Source: Heteronotia binoei
Lineage: Eukaryota
Length of the DNA stretch: 64,000 nt
Direction: 5' to 3'
Assembly (NCBI RefSeq): GCF_032191835.1
Contig: NC_083232.1
Span: 52,452,001-52,516,000 of the forward strand
The notes under the pieces were generated by a model, which was not told where the DNA came from, did no database searches, and was given only the letters and a program-made list of their open reading frames with translations. Positions 38,521-50,101 of this stretch are shown piece by piece (position 1 is the stretch's first letter; each line of letters begins with the position of its first letter). The position numbers and the translations under genes are program-made.

Positions 38521-41282
38521 CAATGAGTTCTCCCTCAAGGCCAAACTAGGCCTGGAAAGGGCCTCCCTATGCTCCTTTTACTGACAGAACAAAGCTTGGA
38601 ATACTATGGTTGCCTAGCACTGAGGAAAAATGGAAGATCTGGTGGACGGGCCAATAGAACACAAAGGCAGCTTCCCCAATGACCCTATCCTTGTCTGTCT
38701 TAGGGCTGGAGGGTGGGGTTGCTCTCTGTTGAGATTGAGCAATACGCAGCTCAGCCAATGGAAGAAAAGGTGAGTCATAGGCAAGACAGCTTGGATGAAG
38801 GGAAAGCATTTAAAAGGAGCACAATCCCATTAAAGGGGATGGCCAGAACTCCCTTCGGAGTTTGATTATCACAACCTTGTTCCTGATTCCACTTCCAAAG
38901 CCTCCTGGCTCCACCCCCAAAGTCCCCAGATATTTTCTAAGTCAGCCCTGACAACCCTAGCTTTATTTGATAGGGGCTGAGGTGTGTGTGTGTGATATTT
39001 CATATTTACTGGTTCTATAGTCCCATATATGAGTACTGGTAAATTTTCTTGTGATGCATGTGTAGTGTCAATATTGCCTGGGTGTTATACAGTGACGGAG
39101 CAGTTTGGGGCACTGATAAATTCCTATCTCATCTTCTAAAAATGGAAAACTTCAGGACTAAGCAGGATTTATTTTAAGAAAGAAATATTCCCAAACTATA
39201 ATATTCAGAATCCAATCATATCACTACTCTTTATTGCAACCTGACAGTTGAGAGGTCACTTGGCAAGGAAAAATCATGGCCTCAAGCAAAGCTCTTGATC
39301 TGCCTGCTAGTCTGATTCCAAATTGTGTTGTATAAGGCTGGCTTGGAACTTCAGCCTCTTGCTGTGCAGGCAGTTGCTAATTCACCTAAACACAATTAAT
39401 CTGTGCCGAAGACAGGACAGTTCAAAGCTGCTAGTCATATATCATATGCCTCAATTTGTCCCTCATAATTTGTACTGGGCTTTTTCTTCAAATTGTCCAA
39501 ATTCAAACCATCTTTGCTTATGAAACATATAACTCATGTTGCATAAATCAGCCAGCATTAAGTGTTCTACAGTCTGTCAAAATGTTACTATGCACCATAA
39601 GGGAAATTTTCACATCATTCGAATACACTCATCTTAACCTTTGGGGAGTCACTTGAGACTGTCTTGATTCTGCATTGCAAGTTAAAGCTAAGGGCTGATT
39701 CACGCACTACTTGAAACATAAAATCAGAGAGGCCCTGATGTATATCTATCTACTTTCAGATGGACAACTAGCAGAGAGAAGGCTTTCTCATTTGTGGCAC
39801 CCAGATTTGCAGAATAGTAACATCATGCAAAAGAGCTCCTTGTAAGTGAAATGCTGTAGTCATTCCCACATAGGAGCCTTCTTGTAAACAAAATCTTAAT
39901 TTGGGGCTTAATTACATACATGAATATCAGCAATGATTCAGTTGTGCTTCCAAATTGGTGAAAGCTGTGCTCAAACATCTATTTGGTTTAGTTTGCTTGT
40001 TTACAGAATATATATGCTGCCTTTCTGCCTTCATCAGGGTTACCCATGTGGCTAAATTCCATCTTAAAAACCACTTAAACCAAATTAACATGTTTTAGAT
40101 GTGTTTTAGATATGTTTTAGTTCTTTAAAGAATATTCTTTCTTTGTTATACTTACTACACTAGTTTATTTGTTGTTGTATTTTGACTTTTGTTTTAATTA
40201 GCAATGCTTCAATTTCCACAAATAACACAGCAGAAAAATCAAATTTACTTTGCTTACAATGGCCATAATTACTTGAATACTCTCTGCACTTCACATTGAT
40301 GATTAGTGTCAAATTCCAAACAATCTGAGTAGTTCTTCATCTGAGTGGCCGCGCACTGGGGCAGTGTTCAGCATGGCAAGTAGCTGAGGTCAAAATGAAC
40401 TGAAGTTTGGCAAGCAGAAACATTCCTTGGGTCATAGACAGATTGCTGATGTCATAAACAGATTTTGCATCATTTGAAACCAGCTGCATTTCAAGTATCT
40501 GTTCTGATTTTGTAATTGAACGATCAGCAGTATTCATCACGTTGCCATATGTTCCTTGGCACAAAGTATGTATGGCCCAATGTAGAACACACAGAGAACA
40601 CATTCAGGCAGGCAGTTAAGAGAATCCCTTTTTCAGGAATTGTCATTTCCCCTGATGTTATGAATGTGATGCATTGCTGAGTGTTGGGTTGTTAGTTCCT
40701 GCCTGGCTCATTGGAGCCTTAAGGAATGAGCTTGGGGGACACTGAAACAATGGGAAGCAGAATCCAAATCTCTGCTTCCCTGGACCAATAGTAAGCCCCC
40801 TGCTGGTTCAAATGACTCAATGACATTCAAGCACAGGAACCAGTACTGTATATTGCCCCCCCCCCCCTCAGTCGGAATGAAGAGGCTGACACAGTTGGAT
40901 GAAAACCGAGCCGCTTTATTAAACATAACTTGAACGAGCAGGAATGGCAAGAGGTCTAGGCCTAACAGGACAAGCCCTGGGGTCACACCAAGGACTCCAC
41001 CTTGTCCAGGGAGGGCGAGCCACCCTGCCCCCAGCACAAGCCCAATATCATCTGACTGGTGCTGAGCAGCCAGGCCCAAACTCCACCTCGGCCGGCATCC
41101 AACCCACTGGAAGGATCCGGCCCGGTGAAGCTTTGTTGTGATCTGCACTCCCAGCATTGAGCCGTAAAGCCCATTTGCAGTTCGTACAGACCACCAGCAC
41201 CAACTGGTGCAGAGCCATAGGTGCTCCCCTAAAATACTGTAGCCAAACCCTCATCCTGCCACCGCCAATGCCAAGCCTCTGC

Positions 41283-41878
41283 TTAGGCATTCGCGCCCAC
41301 CGGGCAGCCCAGAGCTGACTGCAACCCCCTCCTTAGCTCGTCCAAAAAGGCCCGGTTTCCCAGTTCAGATAAATGAACCCCATCCGGCCTGTACAGGTTG
41401 GCATTCTTGACCCGTATTGCCGGATGGGGAAGGAATATGCCCAAGCCCCCTTCCATAGCCTTTTGCAAGGCCCAGTTGGCCTTGCGTCTGGCCCGCTCAA
41501 TTCCCCCAGGATACAGGGCAGACCGCCAGACCCTACGTGGTAACATTGCCGACCATACCAAAAGAACCCCCGGCCATCTCCACTTGATGACTTGCAGATC
41601 CTCCTGTGTTTGCAAGGAAAAGGCCTTCCCCTTCATAAAGCCAAGGTCATTACCAACCAGGTGGATGACCAGGATGTCCGGAGGAGGCACCCTCCTCTCA
41701 CGGAACAGCGCGGCATGATACCCGGCCAATGCAGGCCATGGTGACCAAGCCACTCCACTGTCTCCCACTCGCTGAGACCTAGCTGTGTGCCAATTGGCGA
41801 TCTCCTAGCCTGGTGGGCTGCCCAGAACACCATACTATGCCCGCAGATGAGGATGCGATGCCTCGCACTACGAGCCAC
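41283..41878 (-). pseudogene. SGNH/GDSL-type hydrolase ORF of the Ngaro element (one frameshift)
   Basis: ILICGHSMV (block I), IHLVGNDLG (block III) and RPDGVHLS (block V, DxxH) across ORFs 41633-41878 and 41283-41768. Confidence 0.85.
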
Positions 41879-41959
41879 AGCACCTGAAAAACAGAAAAAA
41901 GGTCACATCCCGGAAAAAACATGCCAACGGGCAACAACTGCTAATATTTTCCCCGAAAC

Positions 41960-42830
41960 CTATTTAAAAACTAACAGGCGCACATATGACTTATAAGCTG
42001 ATGACCGGCACTGGCCCATCCGCTGTATAGCATGGGGGGTGTAACCCATTGCAGCCGCCGTAGATGTGGCTCCAATTCGGAACAAATGGGTTCCAAATTT
42101 GACACCCCCTAAACCCAACTCAGCCAGCGCTCTACCTGTCACTGCCCCAAACTGAAACTTTGTGAGAGGAGGGCCCTCCTGATGACGGAACAAAGGGCCG
42201 TCACCCTCACTCCTGAGCGATATATATTGCTCCAGGGCTTTGACTGGGCATTGCTCGGCTGTCGCACATTGGCTGATCACAATGACTGTCCCTTTCTGAT
42301 GTTGGTCGGTTTTCGACCACCTGACTGTCAGCTTAACTTGCCCCCCTACAAGTTTGACGTCTCCAGTGTGCAAAGCCCGGTCCAAATGATCTGCCTTTGA
42401 CTGCACCACCAGCTCACTGATCTGTAGCGCCCTGAAAAAAGCAACAAAGAAGCCACGTGAAAAAGAGAGGCCTCAAATGCAGAGGAACATACCTCAGTCC
42501 AGACCCTATGAAGCCCCTGCAGCACCGAAGGGCATATTGGTTGCCGGGCGTCCACCCTCGGTCCCCGTTCTTTGGTCCAGCCCTCCAGCATCTTCCTAAC
42601 CCTAAAATCGCCGGTGCCCTCAGAAAAGCCCTGTGCTTTACTAACAAAGGCCAGCGCAGCTAATTGACCCCTGATGGATTTTAGCCCTAACCCCCTATCC
42701 TTCGGGTAGACACAAAATTGAATAATGTGAGCCACCGGTACCGGCCAGCTGTCCGGAAGCCCAGCTGCCCTCCTAAAAGCCCAGAACTGTAACTCTGCCC
42801 TCGCATAGGCTTTTCGGGTACTAGGTGCCA
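41960..42830 (-). pseudogene. Tyrosine recombinase ORF of the Ngaro element (frameshifted)
   Basis: IRGQLAALAF core-binding domain, VRWSKTDQ, GTHLFRIGA (H-x-x-R), GQCRSSAYKSYVR (decayed GRWxS..Y). Confidence 0.88.
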
Positions 42831-42855
42831 GAGCTAGTTGAATTACCCTACCGGC

Positions 42856-44388
42856 TTAAGCCTCCCAAGCTGCCAAAATTCCAGTGGCATTTGTGCTGGT
42901 CGCAAGCTGGCAAAAACGCTCCATCTGTTGGCGAGATAGAGCATCCGCCACCCCATTGCAAACTCCCGGAACATGCCGTGCAAGAAATAGGATGTTCAGC
43001 CAGAGGCAACACAATGTAAAAAATTGCATCAAGTTCATTACCACAGCTGATTTCGATGACAAAGAGTTGATAACATGTACAACTGCCGTGTTATTACACC
43101 AGAAATGCACTGCATGGTTGGCCAACTGTTCTTCCCAAAGCCAGACAGCTACCACAATGGGAAAAAACTCCCAAAAGGTTAAGTCCCAACATAACCCACT
43201 GTCTAACCATGCTGCAGGCCATGGTTCCACGCACCAATGCCCCCTAAAATATACTCCAAAACCGGTAGCCCCCGCAGCATCCAAAGATATCTGGAGCTCC
43301 GCTTCTACCTTCAAGTCTTCGTGCCAAAATGAAATTTCATCGAAGGAATTCAAAAATTCCTTCCATACTTCCAAGTCCAACCACATACCAGCGGTCATTC
43401 ACACTCTGTGGTGAGGAAGCCTCAGGGACCCCATGGCATCACACAGGCGCTGCAAAAAGGCCATTCCCAGGGCAATAGCTTTGCACATAAAGTTGAGATA
43501 CCCCACCAACTGCTGAAGCTCCAACAGCGACACCTTGCGCTGCTGTTTGAGAGAAGCTAATCTATCCCTAAGGCCCGCCACTTTGTCGGCTGGCAGCCTT
43601 GAGGTTTGCTGCGTGGTGTCCAGATCAATGCCTAAAAAAGTAAGAACTGAGCTGGGGCCCTCTGTCTTCTCGTGGGCCAATGGCACCCCCAGTTCCCGAG
43701 CATGGTCCTCGAATTAATGCAATAATCTGGCACATTGTCTGGACCCGGTGGGACCCACGAAAAGATAGTAATCCAGGTAATGAACGGTGTCGCTTGACCC
43801 CGACATGGCCTGAAGCGCCCATTCCATAAAAGAACTAAACCTTTCAAAAGCGGCACGGGACACTGAACAGCCCATGGGCAGGGCCCTATCAATGTAATAC
43901 TTCCCCTCAAATGCGAAGCCCAGCAAATTGAAGTCCTCAGGGTATACAGGCAGAAGACGAAATGCTGACTTAATGTCACATTTTGCCATTTCGGTCCCTA
44001 CACCGCAACCCCGAACCACCTTGATCGCTTGGTCAGAGGAGGTGTACCTAATGGAACAAAGAACTTCCGGAATGGAATCATTCACTGATCCACCCTTGAG
44101 GTAAGACAAATGATGTATCAGACAGTATTCCCGTTGCGCTTTCTTAAGCACCACTCCTAAGGGGGATGCCAGTAATGTGGGTATTGGCAGGGTCACAAAT
44201 GGGCCAATGACCCTCCCTTCCGAGCATTCCTTGTCTATTTTTGCCCTGACCACATGTTCCATCCCTATCACTGAGCGCAGATTGAGGGCCAAACAAGGAA
44301 CCCTAGGTCCCTGATACAGAATCCTAAATCCATAAGTAAAACCATCCATCAGATAATCCCTATCAGCCGTCAGGGGGTAACTAGCCAA
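42856..44388 (-). pseudogene. RT-RNase H ORF of the Ngaro element (disrupted)
   Basis: YCLIHHLSY.KGGSVND, KCDIKSAFRLLPV, ALPMGCS, HYLDYY (YLDD decayed), KTEGP..VLTFLGIDLDT. RNase H LDAAGATGFG...EFFPIVVAV...HVPGVCNGVADALSR. Confidence 0.92.
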
Positions 44389-45890
44389 CAGCAGCCGAAG
44401 TACCTTCAGATGAATGGGACTGGGTCCCTTTTCCAGATGACTGCTGGCTACCCCCCCCCCCCACCGGGGCGCTTGGGGCCAGCCTTTGTTTTTGATTTAC
44501 TGAAGGTGAAAAGGCGTGAGGCCCCCCACACAGCGGGCACTCATGTTTGAATTTGCAGGCCTTCCTGGAACACACGCCTTTGGACATAAATTCCCAGCAG
44601 AGCAGCCGGGGTTGAACCGACTGGCCCGCCGCACTGCAGGCACCTGCGCTGCTCTGTTGTTTATGTACCAGGTGCCCACTATCAACTGGAGCCAAAGCTG
44701 CTGGTTGATTTGATCCCAAGGGAGCCCCAGGTTGACTGCAGCCCTCATCCTAAAGGCTTCATCATATTGCAACCACGCTGCAGCAATGAAATCCGTATAT
44801 GCATGGTGCACTATGTCACAATATTGAAACAAAGCCGCGGCCATAAAGGCTGCACCCTTGCTATTACCTCCGCATAGATAAAGAAACCCAGCAACTAGTT
44901 GGACCAGGTCCTATCTACCTTATGACGTTTCAGCTTCTCTTTCTTCTTATCGTCGAGCTCCTCCTTATCTTTCTTTTCAAGCTCTCTAAAGAGAAGGCTG
45001 AACACCTCCACATATTCGCCCCTCAAAATCTTATCCTAAGTTGCAACCGCCAAATGATCCCCCAAGGGCAATGCAGTGTCACCATATGGACATGGAAGGG
45101 GATGGACCCATAAGGATTAGGAGGATAATGCCAGGTACCCCACTGATAACCCAGCCACCCTCCTTGCTGGTACAACTGGTGCTGCCCCCCATGGCAGTAC
45201 CCCCGGTGTTGCCAGAGAAGCGGCGGCGCCTTGTGATGATGTCGTGGCCACCTCTTGCCCAGAGGGCTGTGAAACAAGCCCAACAAAGCCATGGTATTGA
45301 GGCGCTACACAGGGCGTGCCCCAAGCCCAGGAGGGTCCAGCCTGCGCCTGTTGCCCAAAAGGCCCCGACTACCCTGGCGGTGCCACTACCAGACCTGCTA
45401 AGCCCTGAGGGGCGCTTGGCTGGACAGGACCCCAAGGCCAGCTTGGAAACTGGGGTTGTGGTGGGGACTTACCCATTACCCCCGAGGGGCGGACAGCCAC
45501 TGCCACAGCTGGAGCTGGCTGCACTACTTCCCCCTCTCTTCCATGAGTGCCGAGCTCCCTGTTGCCTACCACCTCCGTATCTGCATTGTCCTCCTGGTCA
45601 GGTGCCTGCCGCATGTCCACACCGACCGTCACACCCTGCAAAGCAGAAAGGTGAGCCAGAACCTCTTTTTCAAAAGTCAACCTGGAAGACTGCCCGGATG
45701 CCTGGCGATGCCCCTTCCATGTAGGAGCCCCAGCCGCACCCCTCTGTTGCTCCAGTGCATCCAGTTGCCCAATAATGGCCTGCCTAAGTTGGGCCTCCTC
45801 GCCCAAGGCATCAGGGGAACTGGGTTGCTGAGCTCGTTTTTTTGCAGGCTGCTTCCCCTTGGATGGGCCCTGATCCTTCTTGGGCACTAT
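44381..45890 (-). pseudogene. gag-like ORF1 of the Ngaro element (disrupted)
   Basis: AWLQYDEAFRMRAA...W..INQQLWLQL (DIRS-group gag motif) and C-terminal Cys/His finger CWEF..KGVCSRKACKFKHECPLCGGPH. The probable start codon reads ATA at 45890-45888. Confidence 0.75.
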
Positions 45891-46522
45891 GCCCACCTCT
45901 ATTTTACTCAACAAAGAAAAACCCCCCAGATGAGTCCTAGGAACCAGTCCCCCCAAACAGAAGCACAGCCACCCAAGAAAATGGGGGAGGTGCACCTTGC
46001 ACCTACTTTACTCCCTTTAATAGCCCCCAGAAGAGGGGAGGGGGAGGTAGGTGGGTGGAAAAAAAGAGGGGTGAAACTGAGGGAGGGTGCCCAGCACACC
46101 CTGGCTGCCTTTACCCCCGCAACAAATGGGAGAGAGGAGGGGGGGCACCAAGGCCCAACCTAAAGCCCCCCCTGACCAAGCTAAACAATCCCCCTGAGGC
46201 CAACCCCCACTGCCCCGGCTGGGTATAGGCCGATGGAGCTGTACGTTCCCCAAACCTTAACGCGCCACGCTGCCACTCACCCTGCGCCTGCTCAAAGGAA
46301 AGGCACTCAGTCCGACGAAGCTAAACGCTCCCCAAAGCCTAACATGCTGCGCTGCCACTCGCTCCGCGCCAGCTCAGGAAAAGACACTCAGCCCTGCTCA
46401 CACCGCGACTGCCACTCGCACGCGCTCCCAGGCTCCGGCCCTCGCCTCCAGCTGAACGAGCAACGCAGCTCTCCTTCTTGAGAGCCGAAAACGAACTGTG
46501 TTGCTCGGGTCAGGGCCGGGGC

Positions 46523-46528
46523 TTTATA
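46523..46528 (-). promoter_or_regulatory. TATA box in the CpG-rich 5' terminal segment of the Ngaro element
   Basis: GGGCTATAAAGCC on the minus strand, preceded by the GC-box-like GGGGGCGTGGCG. Confidence 0.6.
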
Positions 46529-49334
46529 GCCCCAACGCCACGCCCCCTTAGCTCCCCATATGTTTGGGAGCCATCATCAGCCTTCCCTCCTTCTGGGAGG
46601 GCAAACATGGCCCCCAGCCTAAAACCGGCGTTGCCGGTTCGGCTGGGAGGGGGCCAACTAGTTCGTCCCCTTGGCCCAGTTCCCCAGTCTTAGTTTTACC
46701 AGTAACATGCTGTATCACTAATAAAGAGCTCTGATCACTATACAACAAAACTCCTCAAGCATGGAACCCAGTATTTAACATCTGCCAAGTGGGGAGCAGC
46801 TATAGGAAAGCATCATGAGAACACGTGTGCTCAGAGCATCTGAAATGCCATTTAGAATAATTTTAACACTGAGCATATTTTTCAGTTGCTTGAGGGTGCT
46901 GCTTTTCAGCTTGGCAAGGAGTGGTCATCCAGCAGTTGTTTCCACTGGTTTCAGTGAGAAACCCAGTTTAAGCTGTAACTCCCCCTATCCAACTGAGATG
47001 AAATCCTCAGGGTTTGGACCTAAGGAGCTTTCCTGCTTGCCAAGCTTCAGACTGATAGGAGAAAGTCTTGCTCTTTAAGATGCATTTGTTATTATTATTA
47101 TTTGCAGAACAAAGTGTGACAACATTTGCAACTCATTGAGTTTTTCCAGCATCCTCAACCGGTCTGTGGGCAAGGGCCTATTCTTTAAAAATTTTTAAAA
47201 GACCACATGTGCAGGCAAGGATGCTACATCATTTCCCACTTTTCCATGCTACAGTAGAGTAGTTTCAGCATTTTCCTAAGTCAACAAAGAAGCAACAGTC
47301 ATTTCCTGAGACTACTAAGTGCCATCATTCTAAAAAACTGGATTTGAAAAAGGCAATTTGGTTTCTGTTCTGATTAGTTAATATCCAAATGCAAATGCCT
47401 AGTACTGGTCCATATAATTAACACTACAATACTCTCAGGGTTTCTTAATTTAAAATATTTCTTTCCCAGTTTTGCAATAAATGTTCTTGAGCAGGGCTCA
47501 TTCTATTGTAGAAATACAAATTATTGGAGGGATAAAGCTGGTCCCCTTCAAGAGTATTTCAAATAGAGGAAGGCTGTTTATATAAATTTTTATACATGCA
47601 GTAAAATAATATATAGGCTATTCTGTTTGAATAATATATGAATAGGCTTCACATATATTTGGTATTCTGGATGGATATGTTTAATATATAGTGATGCTTC
47701 ATTTTTTTTAAAATGAGATCTCTGGAATATTATTTTTGGCAGCTAATTTTGCATGTGTCAGAGGTTTCATCCTGAGCATAAATGTATTACAGAGTCCTTT
47801 GCCTACCTGTCTGTATTCCATAAACTTGGCAGCAATGTTTGAGAAGGCAATTTAATTATATTTTGGGTTTATTGTCCTTGGACCAAATCCTACGTCTTCA
47901 AATATACATGTCATAGATTCATTGTGTCCTGAAAAGTTGCAGAAGTTGTGCCATCACAGTCCTTGACCTGGATGTTGTCCAGATCATTCTTCTCTGTCAG
48001 CAAAAGCTTCAGTATGATTCCTATAGTTTATTGTTCTGAGAAATACCCCTCACCCTGCAGTGGCCATTTCGTCCTAGGAACACCTCGGCAAGAACAGTAT
48101 GGCATGGGCGAATCACTGCATACAAGTGGATGAATCCTGACCAAAGAGATTGGCCAGAAATCATAGAAATGGTGAATCCTAGTGGGTTATGAGTGACCAA
48201 TGTGTGGTATGGATGGTACAAGTAGCACTGGTACTGGGAGTTTATGTTGTGCTTGGACAGGAATGTACCAACCATTTACCATGCAAAGAGGAGAAAAAAG
48301 AATACCACTACTACTCAAAATCAAAGGGCAGGCTTTCTAGACAACTGAATGGTGATTCACACATTCCAGATGGTTAGCCACACACTAGTCCCAGTTCCCT
48401 CCTGGAATGTGAAGTGTGGGGATACACTTTCCCACCCCCAATGGCTAGAATAGCACAGAGAATTATGCTGTGTGCTCTGACTGAGGTGAAGATGCAGAGA
48501 GACCCTTTACAGATTTTATGTGATAACTTGGAACATGCAGAACAACCATCAAACAAGAGGGCTTACCTCAGTAAGTCAAATACCAAACCTGCCCTGAGGA
48601 CAATCTAACAAGGCTACACATTGCTTTTCCACAAAGATGTTTTTACCAACATGAAAAGATATCAGCTGCTGCTAATGTCTTGGAATAATATTACCATCTG
48701 AGACTGGGGATCAGCTAGGAAGATCATAATGTACCTTTATATATCACTAAAGCTATGCTTGAGTTAAGAAATTCCAAGACAGGATTTCTGACATCTTTGA
48801 ATTGTTGCCTCCAGGAACAATTGTGCAACACACTGCTGCATTGTAAATTTCAGTTCAAGAAGAGTAAAAATAATTTGAATATTAAATACCTGCCTTTGGG
48901 CCCCAGTCTGCAATTGTGAAGAGCATAGTTGTCACATACTCTTTGATTGCTCCTGCATCACTCAAGATATCTTCTGCACATATGAATAGAATAGCTTATA
49001 AGATGATACATCCATGCCCATTATGACATGCTTTAGCAGACTAATATGATTATATCAATCTGCCTTATACAATAGCTCTGTCCAGTCACAGTTTTAGTGC
49101 ACCGTTGTTGCATAAAGAGGAGTGTGCTACCTGCTATCCTCTTACTATGTGCTTTTGCCATTTTTGTGAGTAGAGAAACATACATCATTTTTAGCTCAGA
49201 TACAAGCAAACAGATGTCCTTAAGAATCTGGCTTTCGGATTGTATGTACAAAGCTGGAAAATGCATGAATTGCCATATTCACACAAAATGGCAGCCATGT
49301 ATTTGAAGATTCTTCAGTTGGATCACCAAAACTG

Positions 49335-49808
49335 TCATGCCAAGTTCAATTCAAGAAATATCTGGGGACTTTGGGGGTGGAGCCAGGAGCCAGGTAGTGA
49401 CAAGCATTATTGAACTCCAAAGGGAGTTCTGCCCATCACATTTAAAGGGACCACACATCTTCTAAATGCCTTTCCTCCATTGGAAATAATGAAGGATAGA
49501 GGCACCTTCTTTTGGAGCTCATCGAATTGGACCCCCTAGTCCAAACTTTTTGAAACTTGGGGGTGTTTTGAGGAGAGGCATTAGATGCTATGCTGCAAAT
49601 TTGGTGCCCCTATCTCAAAAAACAGCCCCTCAGAGCCCCAGATACCCGCAGATCAATTCTCCATTATACCCTTTAGGAATCAGTCTCCATAGGGAATAAT
49701 GGAGTGCCCAGCAGACATTACCCCCTCCCGCTTTCTGATGACCCTGAAGTGGGGAGGGCCTCCAAACTGGGGGATCCCCTGCCCCCACCTGGGGATTGGC
49801 AACCCTAA
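49335..49808. mobile_element. Second copy of the hAT-like element at 33513-34228 (no CR1 insert)
   Basis: Colinear similarity over about 450 bp. Right TIR TGGCAACCCTA is intact; left TIR is degraded. Confidence 0.8.
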
Positions 49809-50101
49809 CTGAACAGGGCTTAACTGCATTATGGGCCCATATAACTGCATTATGTCATTTCAACTGTTTTTCTGAAAGGTATAACTATCTTTGCTAACCA
49901 GAAAAAAGTGAAGTTTCTACATAAAAAAGCATGTGTTCTACCTGTAGAACATTATGCAACTAGGCACCCTGAAAACTTGTATAATGCCACTTCTTCCAAA
50001 TTCCTTCTCAAAAGCCTATTTCCTCTCTGAAGCCTTTGCACAACTCCTTCATTCCCTTTCTCTACTGAAAATTTCCCTAGTTTTATGCAGTTGAAATGAA
50101 C

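Larger units (their letters stand above)
40869..46689 (-). mobile_element. Ngaro/DIRS-group tyrosine-recombinase retrotransposon, near full length, decayed
   Basis: Ordered minus-strand gag, RT, RNase H, tyrosine recombinase and SGNH hydrolase ORFs. CpG-rich 5' segment with a TATA box, AATAAA near the 3' end, and GACTG at both termini. Confidence 0.9.

Noticed and set aside
40337-41157. Minus-strand ORFs downstream of the Ngaro hydrolase as additional element genes
   Set aside because: They show no motifs, and 40708-41157 runs across the AATAAA and the element boundary into flanking DNA.
45041-46163. Long plus-strand ORFs (227 aa and 235 aa)
   Set aside because: They are antisense shadows of the GC-rich Ngaro gag region.
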